From contig CAZYXJ010000002.1 of assembly GCA_964651115.1 (NCBI GenBank), positions 48,338 through 112,337 on the forward strand: DNA of 64,000 nt, given 5' to 3'. Made by a program: the position numbers and the translations under genes. Origin of the DNA: an uncultured Candidatus Saccharibacteria bacterium. GTDB taxonomy: Bacteria > Patescibacteriota > Minisyncoccia > Phycocordibacterales > JACOZG01. Shown piece after piece: positions 17,673 to 27,331 of this stretch (its first letter is position 1; each line of letters starts with the position of its first letter). A model generated the notes under the pieces. That model ran no database searches. It saw only the letters and a program-made list of their open reading frames with translations, and was not told where the DNA came from.

Positions 17673-18329
17673 ATGAAATTATTACTCACTTCAGCCGGAA
17701 TAACCAATAAATCTCTGGCAAATGCCCTGCTTGAGCTTACGGGTAAACCTTTCGAGGAAACCTCAATTGTTTTCATTCCTACCGCTTCAAATGTTGAAAA
17801 AGGTGATAAAGGCTGGCTGATTGATAACTTAGTTCAGCTTCAAAACCTAAACTTTAAACAAATTGAAATTGTCGATATTTCTGCTGTTCCCGACAGGGTT
17901 TGGAGGCCCAAGCTCGAAGAGGCCGATGTGCTTTTCTTTGGAGGCGGTAACACTTATTACTTAATGGAATGGTTGAATAAGTCCGGCCTTACTAAGCTTC
18001 TGCCCGAACTTCTCAAAACCCGTGTGTATTTAGGTGTGAGTGCGGGAAGTATGGTTACAAACCCTGATTTAGCTCTCAAGCTTTCTCAGGTGGTATATGG
18101 AGAAGATTTGGATAAGATGGAAGATGTGGATGGCTTAGGGTATGTAGATTTTTACTTCTTGCCCCATCTTAACTCTGAGTACTTTGTAAATCTTAGGAAA
18201 AAGAATATCGAAGAAGTTTCTACTGGAATGACCGCAAAGATTTATGCGATGGATGATGCTTCTGGTTTGAAAATCGTTGATGGAAACATAGAAATTGTCA
18301 GCGAAGGTGAATATCTAGAATTTAATTAA
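17673..18329 (+). CDS. Peptidase E-like (S51 family dipeptidase)
   Basis: The GGGNTYYL and GVSAGSMV motifs and the overall colinearity match PepE. The local GC (~40%) is well below the window average. Confidence 0.7.
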   Translation: MKLLLTSAGITNKSLANALLELTGKPFEETSIVFIPTASNVEKGDKGWLIDNLVQLQNLNFKQIEIVDISAVPDRVWRPKLEEADVLFFGGGNTYYLMEWLNKSGLTKLLPELLKTRVYLGVSAGSMVTNPDLALKLSQVVYGEDLDKMEDVDGLGYVDFYFLPHLNSEYFVNLRKKNIEEVSTGMTAKIYAMDDASGLKIVDGNIEIVSEGEYLEFN

Positions 18330-18355
18330 TAGACGAGGTCTGGAAAAATTAGAAG

Positions 18356-18745
18356 ATGATAAATCCTTCACGTGGGCTTAAAATAATCATCTTAGCTACT
18401 TTGTTTATTGTGGCTGGATTTCTCTTAAGCGGTAAATCAAGCGCCGTTACTCCTTCCGTGGCCAATGTTGAAGTAAATAATACTCCCCTGATAATAGATC
18501 ACGGGCAATCTATTCCCGATTATTATCCAACGAAGAAAACGGTCAGCGGTAATAATTACTCAAATGCTGAACCTCAGAAATCTGTTATGGGCCCAAGTAC
18601 GAATGGCGATAAAGACTGCAAAGACTTTAGTACTCAGCTTGAGGCGCAGACCTATTTTGACTTTAATGGTGGCAGTCTTGTCAACAACGTGGACAAATTA
18701 GATGGTCCAGATCGCGATGGGAAGGTTTGCGAAAGCTTACCGTAA
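18356..18745 (+). CDS. Excalibur calcium-binding domain protein (secreted)
   Basis: The N-terminal signal/TM is followed by a C-terminal DKDCKDFSTQLEAQTYFDFNGG...DGPDRDGKVCESLP segment, a close match to the Excalibur signature (DxDxDGxxCE). Confidence 0.7.
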   Translation: MINPSRGLKIIILATLFIVAGFLLSGKSSAVTPSVANVEVNNTPLIIDHGQSIPDYYPTKKTVSGNNYSNAEPQKSVMGPSTNGDKDCKDFSTQLEAQTYFDFNGGSLVNNVDKLDGPDRDGKVCESLP

Positions 18746-18761
18746 ATTTTAGAATATTTTC

Positions 18762-18986
18762 ATGATCAAGCCGGGAATCTATCGACACTTTAAGGGCGAG
18801 GATAAGAAATATGAGGTCATTGGCACCGCGATGCACTCCGAGACGGGCGAGTCGCTGGTGGTCTATCGCGCCCTCTATGGTGAGGGTGGTCTCTTTGTTC
18901 GGCCGGAAGCAATGTTTCTGGAGGAGGTGGACAAGCCCGAGTACAATTACCGCGGCCCGCGATTTATTTTTGTGTCAGAAATTTGA
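18762..18986 (+). CDS. DUF1653 domain protein
   Basis: The GIYRHFKG...AMHSETGESLVVYRALYG pattern is typical of DUF1653. Confidence 0.6.
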   Translation: MIKPGIYRHFKGEDKKYEVIGTAMHSETGESLVVYRALYGEGGLFVRPEAMFLEEVDKPEYNYRGPRFIFVSEI

Positions 18987-19136
18987 CAATCTTGTTGGTG
19001 GGTTTATGATTAAGGGTATGCAGTGGTTAAGTTCTATCACGAAGTTCGTCCGCGTCTACCTTGCGCTTATTGCGCCGGGGAGATTGGCGTTGGTACGGAT
19101 CGCGCGCTAGCACTTGATCACTCGTACCTCTCCAAA

Positions 19137-19163
19137 CTCCCCGCATGTCGCGGGGAGTTTTTG
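19137..19163 (+). terminator. Rho-independent terminator
   Basis: The hairpin CTCCCCGCATGTCGCGGGGAG is followed by TTTTT. Confidence 0.5.
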
Positions 19164-19200
19164 GTGGAGGTGGGTGCTAAAATCAGTGGAGGTTGTTGTG

Positions 19201-19398
19201 ATGGAAGAACGGAGTCAGTCGGAGCGTCCTCTTGGTCAAACAACGCCGAGTCAAAAGTTTGTTGCTGGTCGGCTGGGCCGAACCCAGCGCGTGGCGCCGG
19301 CGCGTTCGCGTCGTCCAGAGGAGTATCTGCCGGCCGAAGATCGGCGGCACAGCGCCTGCGGCATCGAGTATGAGCCAGAGGGGGAAGCGAGTTGATTT
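19201..19398 (+). CDS. Small Arg-rich hypothetical protein (65 aa), weak call
   Basis: The ATG is preceded by GGAGG 9 nt upstream, and the ORF lies between two terminators. ORFs are open in several frames here, so it could be non-coding. Confidence 0.2.
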
Positions 19399-19418
19399 GC
19401 CTGCCGCTTTTACCCCTT

Positions 19419-19448
19419 CCCGCCGAGCTTGGGCTCGGCGGTTTTTTT
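19419..19448. terminator. Bidirectional terminator between the small ORF and murA
   Basis: The hairpin CCCGCCGAGCttggGCTCGGCGG is followed by TTTTTTT, and has an A/G-rich run on the other side. It overlaps the murA stop codon. Confidence 0.55.
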
Positions 19449-20742
19449 ATTTGACGACTTGGATATCCGCTCCTAGTTTGGCGAGACGCGCGGCCAAGTC
19501 TTCGTAGCCGCGATTGATGGAGTAGACGTTACGTAGGAGCGAGGTGCCCGGGGCCGCGAGCATGCCAATCAAGATAATCGCCGCCGGCCGCAGAGCGGGT
19601 GGGCAGATGATTTCCGCGGCTTTGAGTGGCGTTGGACCGTTAATTATTACTCGATGAGGATCAGCCAAAATAATTTCCGCGCCTAATTTGGTCATTTCGA
19701 GATAATAAATGGCGCGATTTTCGTAAACCCAGTCGTGGATGAGGGTCGTGCCTTTGGCTTGGGTGGCGATAGGCACAAAAAAGGGCAAGTTGTCGATGTT
19801 TAAGCCGGGGTAGGGCAGGGGGTGGATTTTTTCTTCCAAGGCCTTGAGCTTGCTTGGTCGGGTGGTCAGGTCCACCAGTTTGGTGTGGCCGTTGTCGCTC
19901 AGATAAATTTTTGAGCGCGAATATTTAAAGCCCATTTTTTCTAATTTCAAGAGTTCGAGTTCCAAGAAGTCGATGGGCGCGCGCTTGATCGTGATGGTCG
20001 ACTTAGTCACGGCGGCAATGGCCAGAAAGAGCATGGCTTCGATCGGATCTTCGCCCAGGCTGTAGCTGACGTCACGATTAATTTCTTTGACGCCGCGGAC
20101 GGTCAGGGTGTTGGAACCGATGCCGTCGATTTCCACGCCGAGAGCTACGAGATAGTGGCACAGATCTTGGACCATGTAGTTGGCCGAAGCGTATTTAATT
20201 GTGGTGGTGCCGGGCACGAGCGCGGCGGCGATGAGGGCATTTTCCGTCACGGTATCGCCGGTTTCGTAGAGGACAATTTCGGCCGGTTTTAATTTGGGTG
20301 CGCGGACGAGATAGTCGTCGTGCCGCGAGGTCACCGAGACGCCCAATTTTTCTAGCGCGTAGAGATGTGGTCGGACGCTCCGCGCGCCGAGCTTGCAACC
20401 ACCCGGATGCGGGAGGGTAAAGTTTTGTTCGTGATGGATGAGCGCGCCCAGCATCATTAGCACGCTTCGCGTCCGGATGGCCGCCGCGCGGTCTAATTTT
20501 TTAAGACTTAGCTTGGCTGGCGGGGTAATGATCAGATCTTCGCCTCGCCAAACGCTTTTCACTCCCAGACTGGCCAAGACTTCGGTAATCCGATTAACCT
20601 CTTCGATCTTGGGGACGCGCTTAAGCGTGGTGGTGCCGCGATTGATTAGCGAGGCGCAGAGGAGGGCGACGGCGGAGTTTTTGGCTGAGAGCGTTGTAAT
20701 ACTGCCGGAGAGGGTTTTGCCTCCCTTGATCTGGAAGTTCAT
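19447..20742 (-). CDS. murA: UDP-N-acetylglucosamine 1-carboxyvinyltransferase
   Basis: The N-terminus MNFQIKGGKTLSGSITTLSAKNSAVALLCASL matches MurA. The 431 aa length fits. Confidence 0.9.
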   Translation of the reverse strand: MNFQIKGGKTLSGSITTLSAKNSAVALLCASLINRGTTTLKRVPKIEEVNRITEVLASLGVKSVWRGEDLIITPPAKLSLKKLDRAAAIRTRSVLMMLGALIHHEQNFTLPHPGGCKLGARSVRPHLYALEKLGVSVTSRHDDYLVRAPKLKPAEIVLYETGDTVTENALIAAALVPGTTTIKYASANYMVQDLCHYLVALGVEIDGIGSNTLTVRGVKEINRDVSYSLGEDPIEAMLFLAIAAVTKSTITIKRAPIDFLELELLKLEKMGFKYSRSKIYLSDNGHTKLVDLTTRPSKLKALEEKIHPLPYPGLNIDNLPFFVPIATQAKGTTLIHDWVYENRAIYYLEMTKLGAEIILADPHRVIINGPTPLKAAEIICPPALRPAAIILIGMLAAPGTSLLRNVYSINRGYEDLAARLAKLGADIQVVK

Positions 20743-20752
20743 GACCGAAAGT

Positions 20753-21679
20753 CTATTGTTTGGTTAGGTACGAATAAATATCTTCAATTGCCTTGACGGC
20801 ATCACCCGCGGCGATATTGTTTTGATGATAGAGACCGTCGGTACAATCGCCCGCCGACCAGATGCCAATGCGGCTGGTGCGTTGAGTACGAGGATCAACT
20901 CTGACGGCGCCATGTTCGGTAGTCTCAACCAGAGGTTTAACAAAGTCGGTGCTCGGCAAAAAGCCAATTTCCACAAAGACGCCCGTGACGTCCAACTCGT
21001 GGCTAGTGCCCGTGGTCGTGTCGCGGTAAACTAATTTTTTGACGAAGCGCTCACCCTTAAACTCGGTGGTTTCGGCGTTGGTGATGATTTTTACTTTGGG
21101 ATTGGCCTTAACTTTCTCGAGCGTGATTGCGTCGGCACGCCAAACATCACTGCGATGGATTAGCGTGACCGTCTTGCAGTAGGCGACGAGCTGGAGCACG
21201 GTTTCGAGAGCGGCATTGCCCCCACCGATGACGGCGACGTCTTGGTCGGCAAAGAGTGGGCCATCACAGGTGGCGCAATAAGTGATGCCCTTTTGTTCGA
21301 ATTCGGCCGCGCCAGGCACGGTTAGTTTGCGACGGTGGGCGCCAGTAGCCACCAGCACAGTTCGGCCCTCCTGAGTGCTCCCATCGCTGGTGGTGACGAT
21401 AAAGCCGCGAGGACTGGGCTCGACGGCTGTCACGCGGAAGCCCTCCTTGGTTTGCAAGGTTTGACCTTGGTAGCTTAAGAGGTGGTCGCGCAGATTTTTG
21501 GCTAGCTCTTCGCCCGAAATATTTTTGGTGCCGATCCAGTTTTGGATATCAGCCGAGACGATTGATTGACCGCCCCAGCTCTCAGCGATGACGAGGGTGG
21601 TTAAGCGTTTGCGGGCGGCGTAGACGCCGGCCGAAATGGCGGCGGGTCCGCCGCCGATAATGATCACATCATGAGTCAT
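20753..21679 (-). CDS. trxB: Thioredoxin reductase
   Basis: It has the IIIGGGPAAISAG FAD-binding motif and the CATCDG redox-active motif. The start was moved to the internal Met (MTHDVIIIGG), which matches TrxB N-termini. The ORF-track start at 21745 would add 22 aa and overlap ftsZ. Confidence 0.85.
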   Translation of the reverse strand: MTHDVIIIGGGPAAISAGVYAARKRLTTLVIAESWGGQSIVSADIQNWIGTKNISGEELAKNLRDHLLSYQGQTLQTKEGFRVTAVEPSPRGFIVTTSDGSTQEGRTVLVATGAHRRKLTVPGAAEFEQKGITYCATCDGPLFADQDVAVIGGGNAALETVLQLVAYCKTVTLIHRSDVWRADAITLEKVKANPKVKIITNAETTEFKGERFVKKLVYRDTTTGTSHELDVTGVFVEIGFLPSTDFVKPLVETTEHGAVRVDPRTQRTSRIGIWSAGDCTDGLYHQNNIAAGDAVKAIEDIYSYLTKQ

Positions 21680-21692
21680 GGCGTACAGTATA

Positions 21693-22874
21693 CTACTTCT
21701 TGGGTCGGCGGAGAAAGGCGGGGATTGATGACCAGTCGTCGTCATCTTCTACTTCGGCGGTGACCGTCTTGGCCGGGGTCATTTTGGGGGTCACGGGCTC
21801 GGGTTTTTTAATATTTTTTAGATCAAGTGGAGCCGGTTCGTGTTCTTTCATGATCGGAGTTTCGTCCACGATTTTTAGATCAGCGCTTGAGCCCATGGAG
21901 AGAGGTTTACGTTTAAGATTTTCCGGGAAGCCGGAGGCGATGACGGTAATCTTGATTTCGTTCTTATTAAGATTGTCGCTGTAGAAGGCGCCGAAGATAA
22001 TTTTAGCGTTTGGATCAATGGCCTCGATAATAACCTTGGCTGCTTCTTGGATCTCAAACATCGTCATATTCTGATCACCGGCGATGGCAAAGAGGACACC
22101 CTTGGCGCCATCGATCGAAATGTCGAGTAGGGGCGAGTTGATGGCGGCGCGAGCGGCTTCGGTGGCGCGATTGTCGCCCGCTGACCGGCCGATGCCCATG
22201 AGAGCGGGACCAGCATTCGACATAATCGCTCGGATGTCGGCAAAGTCGACGTTAACCACACCGTTGGTAGTGATGAGCTCCGAGATGCCCTCAACGGCTT
22301 GGCGGAGGATCTCGTCACACATCGCGAAGGCGGTGGAAAAGCTGGTATTTTTATCAATCAGGTTAAGTAGTCGATCGTTGGGGATCACGATAATCGCGTC
22401 AACTTCTTTGCGAATTTCTTCGATGGCGCGATCGGCAATCTGACTGCGCTGATTGCCTTCAAAAAAGAACGGACGAGTGACGACGGCGACGGTGAGGATG
22501 CCTTGATCCTTGGCGGCTTTGGCAATTGGGGCCATCGCGCCCGAGCCCGTACCACCACCCATGCCGCTGGCCAAGAAAACCATGTCGGCGCCCTTTAAGA
22601 CATTTTGGACTTCTTCCAAACTTTCTTCCGCGGCTTTGCGACCGACTTCCGGATTCATGCCCGCGCCCAACCCTCGCGTGAGATTTTTACCGATGTGGAC
22701 TTTCTTCTTCGCGAGCGAGTGATGCAGATCTTGAGCGTCGGTGTTGATGGCGATAAAGTCCACGCCCTTAACATTCGATCGGACCATGTGATTAATCGCA
22801 TTACAACCAGAGCCGCCAACTCCAACAACTTTCAATCGGGCAAAGGCTTCAATTTCTGGTTCAATTTTGGGCAT
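21693..22874 (-). CDS. ftsZ: Cell division protein FtsZ
   Basis: The GGGTGSG tubulin signature, KVVGVGGSGCNAINHM and a C-terminal linker plus conserved tail (SIPAFLRR) are all present. Confidence 0.9.
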   Translation of the reverse strand: MPKIEPEIEAFARLKVVGVGGSGCNAINHMVRSNVKGVDFIAINTDAQDLHHSLAKKKVHIGKNLTRGLGAGMNPEVGRKAAEESLEEVQNVLKGADMVFLASGMGGGTGSGAMAPIAKAAKDQGILTVAVVTRPFFFEGNQRSQIADRAIEEIRKEVDAIIVIPNDRLLNLIDKNTSFSTAFAMCDEILRQAVEGISELITTNGVVNVDFADIRAIMSNAGPALMGIGRSAGDNRATEAARAAINSPLLDISIDGAKGVLFAIAGDQNMTMFEIQEAAKVIIEAIDPNAKIIFGAFYSDNLNKNEIKITVIASGFPENLKRKPLSMGSSADLKIVDETPIMKEHEPAPLDLKNIKKPEPVTPKMTPAKTVTAEVEDDDDWSSIPAFLRRPKK

Positions 22875-22948
22875 AGGAATAGTCGGGCGTAGTAATTTTC
22901 TAATACGCTAAGGTTAACAGTTATAAGAGAAAATGCAAACCCTTATTT

Positions 22949-24109
22949 TTAGGGCCAGAATTCCTTAAACCAACGCAAAAGACGGCTTCCCGTGGCTTTA
23001 ATTCGGCTATGGATTGAGCCCCGGGTGTCGTGGTCTAGACCATAAAGGCAGAGGCCATAAGCGACGGTCCAGCCAGAATCTTTAAGACCGCTCCGGAAGG
23101 GTCCGTCGCGGCTGGGGTCAAAAATTTTGGCGGGCAAGCGCAGGGCGGACTTGGCCAGATTTTCTAAATTTTCTTCATGAGCGCCACCACCCACAATGAT
23201 GATGCCGGCCGGCAAGAGACCACCGCGACCAATTTTTTTCAAATGAGCGTCAATTAACTCGAGCGTGTCGGTTAGTCGAGCTTCGATAATCTCGTCGAGT
23301 TTCCGTCGTTGGTAATTAGAATTGTCGGGATTGAGTTTGACGCGCTCGGCCTCATCAAGGGGGATGCGGAGGCCGAGGGCAATATCGTTAGTCACATCGT
23401 TGGAACCGATGGGCAAAACTTGCAAAGAGATCGGCAGACCTTCTTCGAAGGTGACGAGCGAGGTGGTTTGTGACCCGATGTTGACGAGCAGGCAGCCGGC
23501 GGCTTTTTGGGTGGCGGTGAGAGTGGGCAGGCTGGCCGCGATGGGCGCGGCGACAACGTCGTCGATCGAGAGGCCCGCCGCCTCAACTACGCGGATAAAA
23601 TCATGGAGATGTTGGCCGAGACTGTGAATGAACAAAGTTTTGACTTCTAACTTTTGGCCCCGCAGTCCGCGTGGCTGACCAAGAACTTTGTGGCCATCAA
23701 TTTTGTAATTGATGGGTAGGGCGTGGATGATTTTTCGATTGGCAAAGTCGGTGAGATTGCGTTCACTGGCTTCGCCCGCCCGCTGGAGGTCGTTACTAGA
23801 AATTTCTAGATCCCCGGTCGAAACGAGGACGCTCCCTTCGGCGACGCGCGATTCTAAACTAATGCCGCCAATGCCCAAAAAAACGCTCCGCAGTTTAACG
23901 CGAGCGATTTTTTCGGCTTCGGCGATGGCCGCCCGGACGCTGTCTAAAGTTTCGTCAAAGTTAATGATGTAGCCCCGGCGGACGCCACTTGATTCTTTGC
24001 GAACCTGGGCTAAAATTTTCGGCGCTCGGTTATCGGGCCCGGCGAGAGCGACCACCACCCTGATGGCGGAGCTTCCGATGTCGAGGCCGGCGACGATGGG
24101 ACGAGGCAT
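22949..24109 (-). CDS. ftsA: Cell division protein FtsA
   Basis: The N-terminal actin-fold motif IVAGLDIGSSAIRVVVA matches FtsA, and the gene lies immediately upstream of ftsZ. Confidence 0.85.
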   Translation of the reverse strand: MPRPIVAGLDIGSSAIRVVVALAGPDNRAPKILAQVRKESSGVRRGYIINFDETLDSVRAAIAEAEKIARVKLRSVFLGIGGISLESRVAEGSVLVSTGDLEISSNDLQRAGEASERNLTDFANRKIIHALPINYKIDGHKVLGQPRGLRGQKLEVKTLFIHSLGQHLHDFIRVVEAAGLSIDDVVAAPIAASLPTLTATQKAAGCLLVNIGSQTTSLVTFEEGLPISLQVLPIGSNDVTNDIALGLRIPLDEAERVKLNPDNSNYQRRKLDEIIEARLTDTLELIDAHLKKIGRGGLLPAGIIIVGGGAHEENLENLAKSALRLPAKIFDPSRDGPFRSGLKDSGWTVAYGLCLYGLDHDTRGSIHSRIKATGSRLLRWFKEFWP

Positions 24110-24455
24110 GAGATAAAAAAAGCTGAAGTAATCTAGCTTCTTCGGCCTCCATTGTACTACCGTGGTCCAATCCTTTCAAATGAAGTAATCCGTGGATAAA
24201 TAAAAAGAGAAAATAATCGGCGTAATTTTTTTCAAATTCTGGCGCCTTTTTAGCAATCATCCCGCGATTAAAAATTAGCTCGCCCTCAGTGGTGGAGAGG
24301 GGGAAGGAGAGAACATCAGTCGGTTCGTCGAGTTGACGATAAGTTTTATTTAACTGCCGAATCGTCGCCCGGTTAACAAAGGCGACGGAAAGTTGATACT
24401 CGGGACCGAGAATCGTCTCTTTAATTTTGGTTTTAAGAGCGGCGGGCAGTGACAT
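24030..24455 (-). CDS. ybeY: Endoribonuclease YbeY (rRNA maturation factor)
   Basis: The TDVLSFP and HGLLHLKGLDH metal-binding motifs are present. The Arg-rich C-terminal tail overlaps the ftsA start by ~80 nt. Confidence 0.65.
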   Translation of the reverse strand: MSLPAALKTKIKETILGPEYQLSVAFVNRATIRQLNKTYRQLDEPTDVLSFPLSTTEGELIFNRGMIAKKAPEFEKNYADYFLFLFIHGLLHLKGLDHGSTMEAEEARLLQLFLSHASSHRRRPRHRKLRHQGGGRSRRAR

Positions 24456-24672
24456 CGACTTTGCCTAACTTCTTGAGTCGTTCGTAGGCGGTTCGGCGAG
24501 CCAGGCGGGTGAGGGCGGACTTTTTCTTTTTGTAGCTCGAAAGGGCGCGTTCCGAAAAGCGCATGCCCTTAAGGCGCTTAACAATGCCCGATCCTTGAAC
24601 TCTTTTAGAGAAACGGCGCAAGACACTAGAGTTGGACTCGTTCTGCTCGCGACTGACTTCGATCATAATCAT
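24433..24672 (-). CDS. rpsU: 30S ribosomal protein S21
   Basis: An ~79 aa basic protein with RRFSKRVQGSGIVKRLKGMRFSERALS is consistent with bS21. Confidence 0.65.
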   Translation of the reverse strand: MIMIEVSREQNESNSSVLRRFSKRVQGSGIVKRLKGMRFSERALSSYKKKKSALTRLARRTAYERLKKLGKVDVTARRS

Positions 24673-24714
24673 AGTGGCGCTAGTCTACCACAGCCATTTG
24701 GCCGTGGCAAGACG

Positions 24715-26031
24715 CTATTTAAGGTGTTTAACGTAGTCGGCTAACTTGGTCACCGCGACGATGTCTTGGGAGCGGGTGGTCATATTGCGGACGATGACGG
24801 TGCCTTCGAGGGCTTCTTTTTGGCCCAGGATCAAGGTGTAGGGGACGCCCATCTTTTCCGCGATGCCCAGCTGGATACCTAGCGAATCTTTGGAGAGTGA
24901 CTGAGCCATGGGGATCCGGGCCTTGCGCAAAATCTCGATGACCGGGATGCTTTTTAGTTTGGCATCAAAGGAGAGCTGGATAAAAAAGACTTTGGGTTTT
25001 TTGAGGATTCGTGGATCTTGGCGTTGGTAGTTGGGGGAGAGCATCATCCGATCGACACCGATGGCCCCACCAACGGCTGGCAAATCTTTTTTGCTACCCA
25101 GAGAGCGGGCCAGGTAATCGTAGCGACCACCACCAGCGATGGTGAGGGGTTGACCCGTTTCGTCGCCCGAGGGCTCGCTCGTCACCGCCGGATCGATAAT
25201 TTCGAAAACAGTTCGCGAGTAATAATCGAGTCCCCGGACCAGGCTGTGATTAATCTCGTAGGGGATGCCCATTTCCTCCAAGTATTCGAGAACTTCTTTA
25301 AAGTGGCTTTTACAACTGCCGCATAAGTAACTAATCGAGGTGGGGGCGGCCTGTTTGATTTCTTGGCACTTAGGATTTTTGCAATCGAGCAGACGCAAGG
25401 GGTTAGTCTTGAGTCGTTCGCGACAGTCGGGGCAGATTTGGCGCAGATTTTTTTTGTAATAGTTAACTAGCTCGCGCCGGTAAATCGGGCGGCACTCTTT
25501 GTCGCCAATGGAATTGAGTTGGACGGTCAGATTTTTTAATCCGGCTTCTTCAAGAATAGTGAGGAGGATCTTGATCGTCATGGCGTCGGCGATGCTTTTG
25601 CCGGTGCCAATGGCGTCAACGTTAAATTGATAAAATTGGCGATAGCGACCCTTTTGTGGTCGGTCGTGACGAAAGAGTGGTCCGTAGGAATAGAGGAGGA
25701 CGGGTTGCGGTTGTGATTGCATGCCCGTTTCAAAATAAGACCTCATAATTGCTGGCGTCAGTTCTGGTCGGAGAGAGACTTCGTCACCGCCACGAGTTTT
25801 AAAGCTATACATTTCTTTATCAACAATGTCGGTGGCTTGGCCGGTGCCGCGTTCGAAGAGGGCGGTTTTTTCGAGCATGGGCGTATCGATTGGCGTAAAG
25901 CCGTAGTAAAGGGCAATTTCTGACGCCTTTTCAAAAAAGCCTTGCAGGGCGTAAAAATCTTCGCCAATAATGTCGCGCATCCCCTTAACGGTGCTAAGGG
26001 GTTCGTTGGAATCTGTTTTTTTGGGCGTCAT
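24715..26031 (-). CDS. hisS: Histidyl-tRNA synthetase
   Basis: It has class II aaRS motifs (KGMRDIIGEDF, GGGRYD) and a C-terminal anticodon-binding domain. Confidence 0.9.
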   Translation of the reverse strand: MTPKKTDSNEPLSTVKGMRDIIGEDFYALQGFFEKASEIALYYGFTPIDTPMLEKTALFERGTGQATDIVDKEMYSFKTRGGDEVSLRPELTPAIMRSYFETGMQSQPQPVLLYSYGPLFRHDRPQKGRYRQFYQFNVDAIGTGKSIADAMTIKILLTILEEAGLKNLTVQLNSIGDKECRPIYRRELVNYYKKNLRQICPDCRERLKTNPLRLLDCKNPKCQEIKQAAPTSISYLCGSCKSHFKEVLEYLEEMGIPYEINHSLVRGLDYYSRTVFEIIDPAVTSEPSGDETGQPLTIAGGGRYDYLARSLGSKKDLPAVGGAIGVDRMMLSPNYQRQDPRILKKPKVFFIQLSFDAKLKSIPVIEILRKARIPMAQSLSKDSLGIQLGIAEKMGVPYTLILGQKEALEGTVIVRNMTTRSQDIVAVTKLADYVKHLK

Positions 26032-26041
26032 AAAATGGTGA

Positions 26042-26593
26042 CTAATTGGCTAATGTGGCGTCGACGGCTCCGGGCAGTAGGTTGATCCGGTCGAGCGGGA
26101 AGAGGCGCAGAAAGGCTCGGCCCTTAATATTTTCGCTAGGCAGGGCGCCCCAACTGCGAGAGTCGAGACTGACTAAGCGATTGTCGCCCATGACAAAATA
26201 TTCCTGATCGCCTAGCGTTTGTTCAACGTCAGCCCAAAAGCCGCCCGTGAGGTAGGGTTCTTGGAGGACGGTGGTTTGGCCGTTGGTGGTAATGCTGACT
26301 TCATTATTTTTGACGCGAACCGTTTCGCCGGGCAGGCCGATGATCCGCTTGATGAAATATTTTTTTGGATCGCGAGGATATTTAAAAATCACGACTTCAC
26401 CGCGAGCCGGCGAGCGCAGATGGTAAGATAGCTCGTCCACGATGAGATATTCGTTGTGGAGGAAGGTGGGAGACATCGAGGCCCCAGAGACGATAAAGGG
26501 TTGGGCGATAAAGTAGCGGATTGGCAAGACAATCACTAAGATCGTAATCACAAATTTGAGAATCTCCCATAGATTGCTTTGCAAATCCTTCAT
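26042..26593 (-). CDS. lepB: Signal peptidase I
   Basis: The SGASMSPTF (catalytic Ser) and GDNRLVSLDSR motifs are present behind an N-terminal TM helix. Confidence 0.8.
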   Translation of the reverse strand: MKDLQSNLWEILKFVITILVIVLPIRYFIAQPFIVSGASMSPTFLHNEYLIVDELSYHLRSPARGEVVIFKYPRDPKKYFIKRIIGLPGETVRVKNNEVSITTNGQTTVLQEPYLTGGFWADVEQTLGDQEYFVMGDNRLVSLDSRSWGALPSENIKGRAFLRLFPLDRINLLPGAVDATLAN

Positions 26594-26659
26594 GATTGCC
26601 TTGTAGTGTATCGTCTTTTTTAGTTTGACGCAAGAAAATTTTACTCTTATAATTCGGTA

Positions 26660-27229
26660 ATGAAATATCTGGTGGTGGGTTTAGGCAATGTTGGTCGCGA
26701 ATACGAATTAACTCGCCACAATCTCGGCCGCCGCGCCGTCGTCGCGGCGGCGCGCGCCGTAGGCGCGCCCGACTTCCGCTTGGAGCGGAGGTCGTCGAGC
26801 TTGGTCACCACGGGTCAGGTGGCTGGCCACGGAGTAGTTTTTATGTTACCTGAGACGATGATGAATAATTCTGGTGCCGCCGTGTCGTCCTACGTGGATT
26901 ACGAAGTGCCCCGGGAGCGGTTGGTGGTAGTCTATGACGATGTTGCTCTGCCTTTGGGCGTGACGCGAATCTCTTTTGATCGAGGTGATGGCGGTCATAA
27001 CGGAGTGGCCTCGATTGCCGAGCGAGCGGGGGGAGCCGATTTTATTCGAGTGCGCTTGGGGGTTGGTCCCGTCGCGCCTGGTCGTGATTTGTCCGAATTT
27101 GTTTTAGAGCGTTTTACGCCGACGGAAGAGGAGGCGCTCCCGGCTTTGATTGCACAGGCGGGGGCAGCGCTAGTATCGATTGTCGGTGACGGCCTGGCCG
27201 CCGCCATGAACGAGTGGAATTCGAGATAG
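26660..27229 (+). CDS. pth: Peptidyl-tRNA hydrolase
   Basis: The N-terminus MKYLVVGLGNVGREYELTRHNLG is the canonical Pth start. Confidence 0.85.
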   Translation: MKYLVVGLGNVGREYELTRHNLGRRAVVAAARAVGAPDFRLERRSSSLVTTGQVAGHGVVFMLPETMMNNSGAAVSSYVDYEVPRERLVVVYDDVALPLGVTRISFDRGDGGHNGVASIAERAGGADFIRVRLGVGPVAPGRDLSEFVLERFTPTEEEALPALIAQAGAALVSIVGDGLAAAMNEWNSR

Positions 27230-27243
27230 GGGCCAAAATTAAC

Positions 27244-27272
27244 TTGACTTTAGATATAAAAGTGATATAATT
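27244..27272 (+). promoter_or_regulatory. Consensus sigma70 promoter (TTGACT-N17-TATAAT)
   Basis: A perfect -35 and -10 with 17-nt spacing lie ~60 nt upstream of a GTG start that is preceded by AAAGGAG. Confidence 0.5.
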
Positions 27273-27331
27273 AAAAGAGTTCTTTAACACTGGGTTAAAG
27301 ACGATTTTCTGGTGAGAAAGGAGATGATAAG

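Noticed and set aside
18811-19110. A 99-aa plus-strand ORF overlapping the DUF1653 gene in another frame.
   Set aside because: It is out of frame with a recognisable domain protein, and its translation is Arg/Trp-rich.
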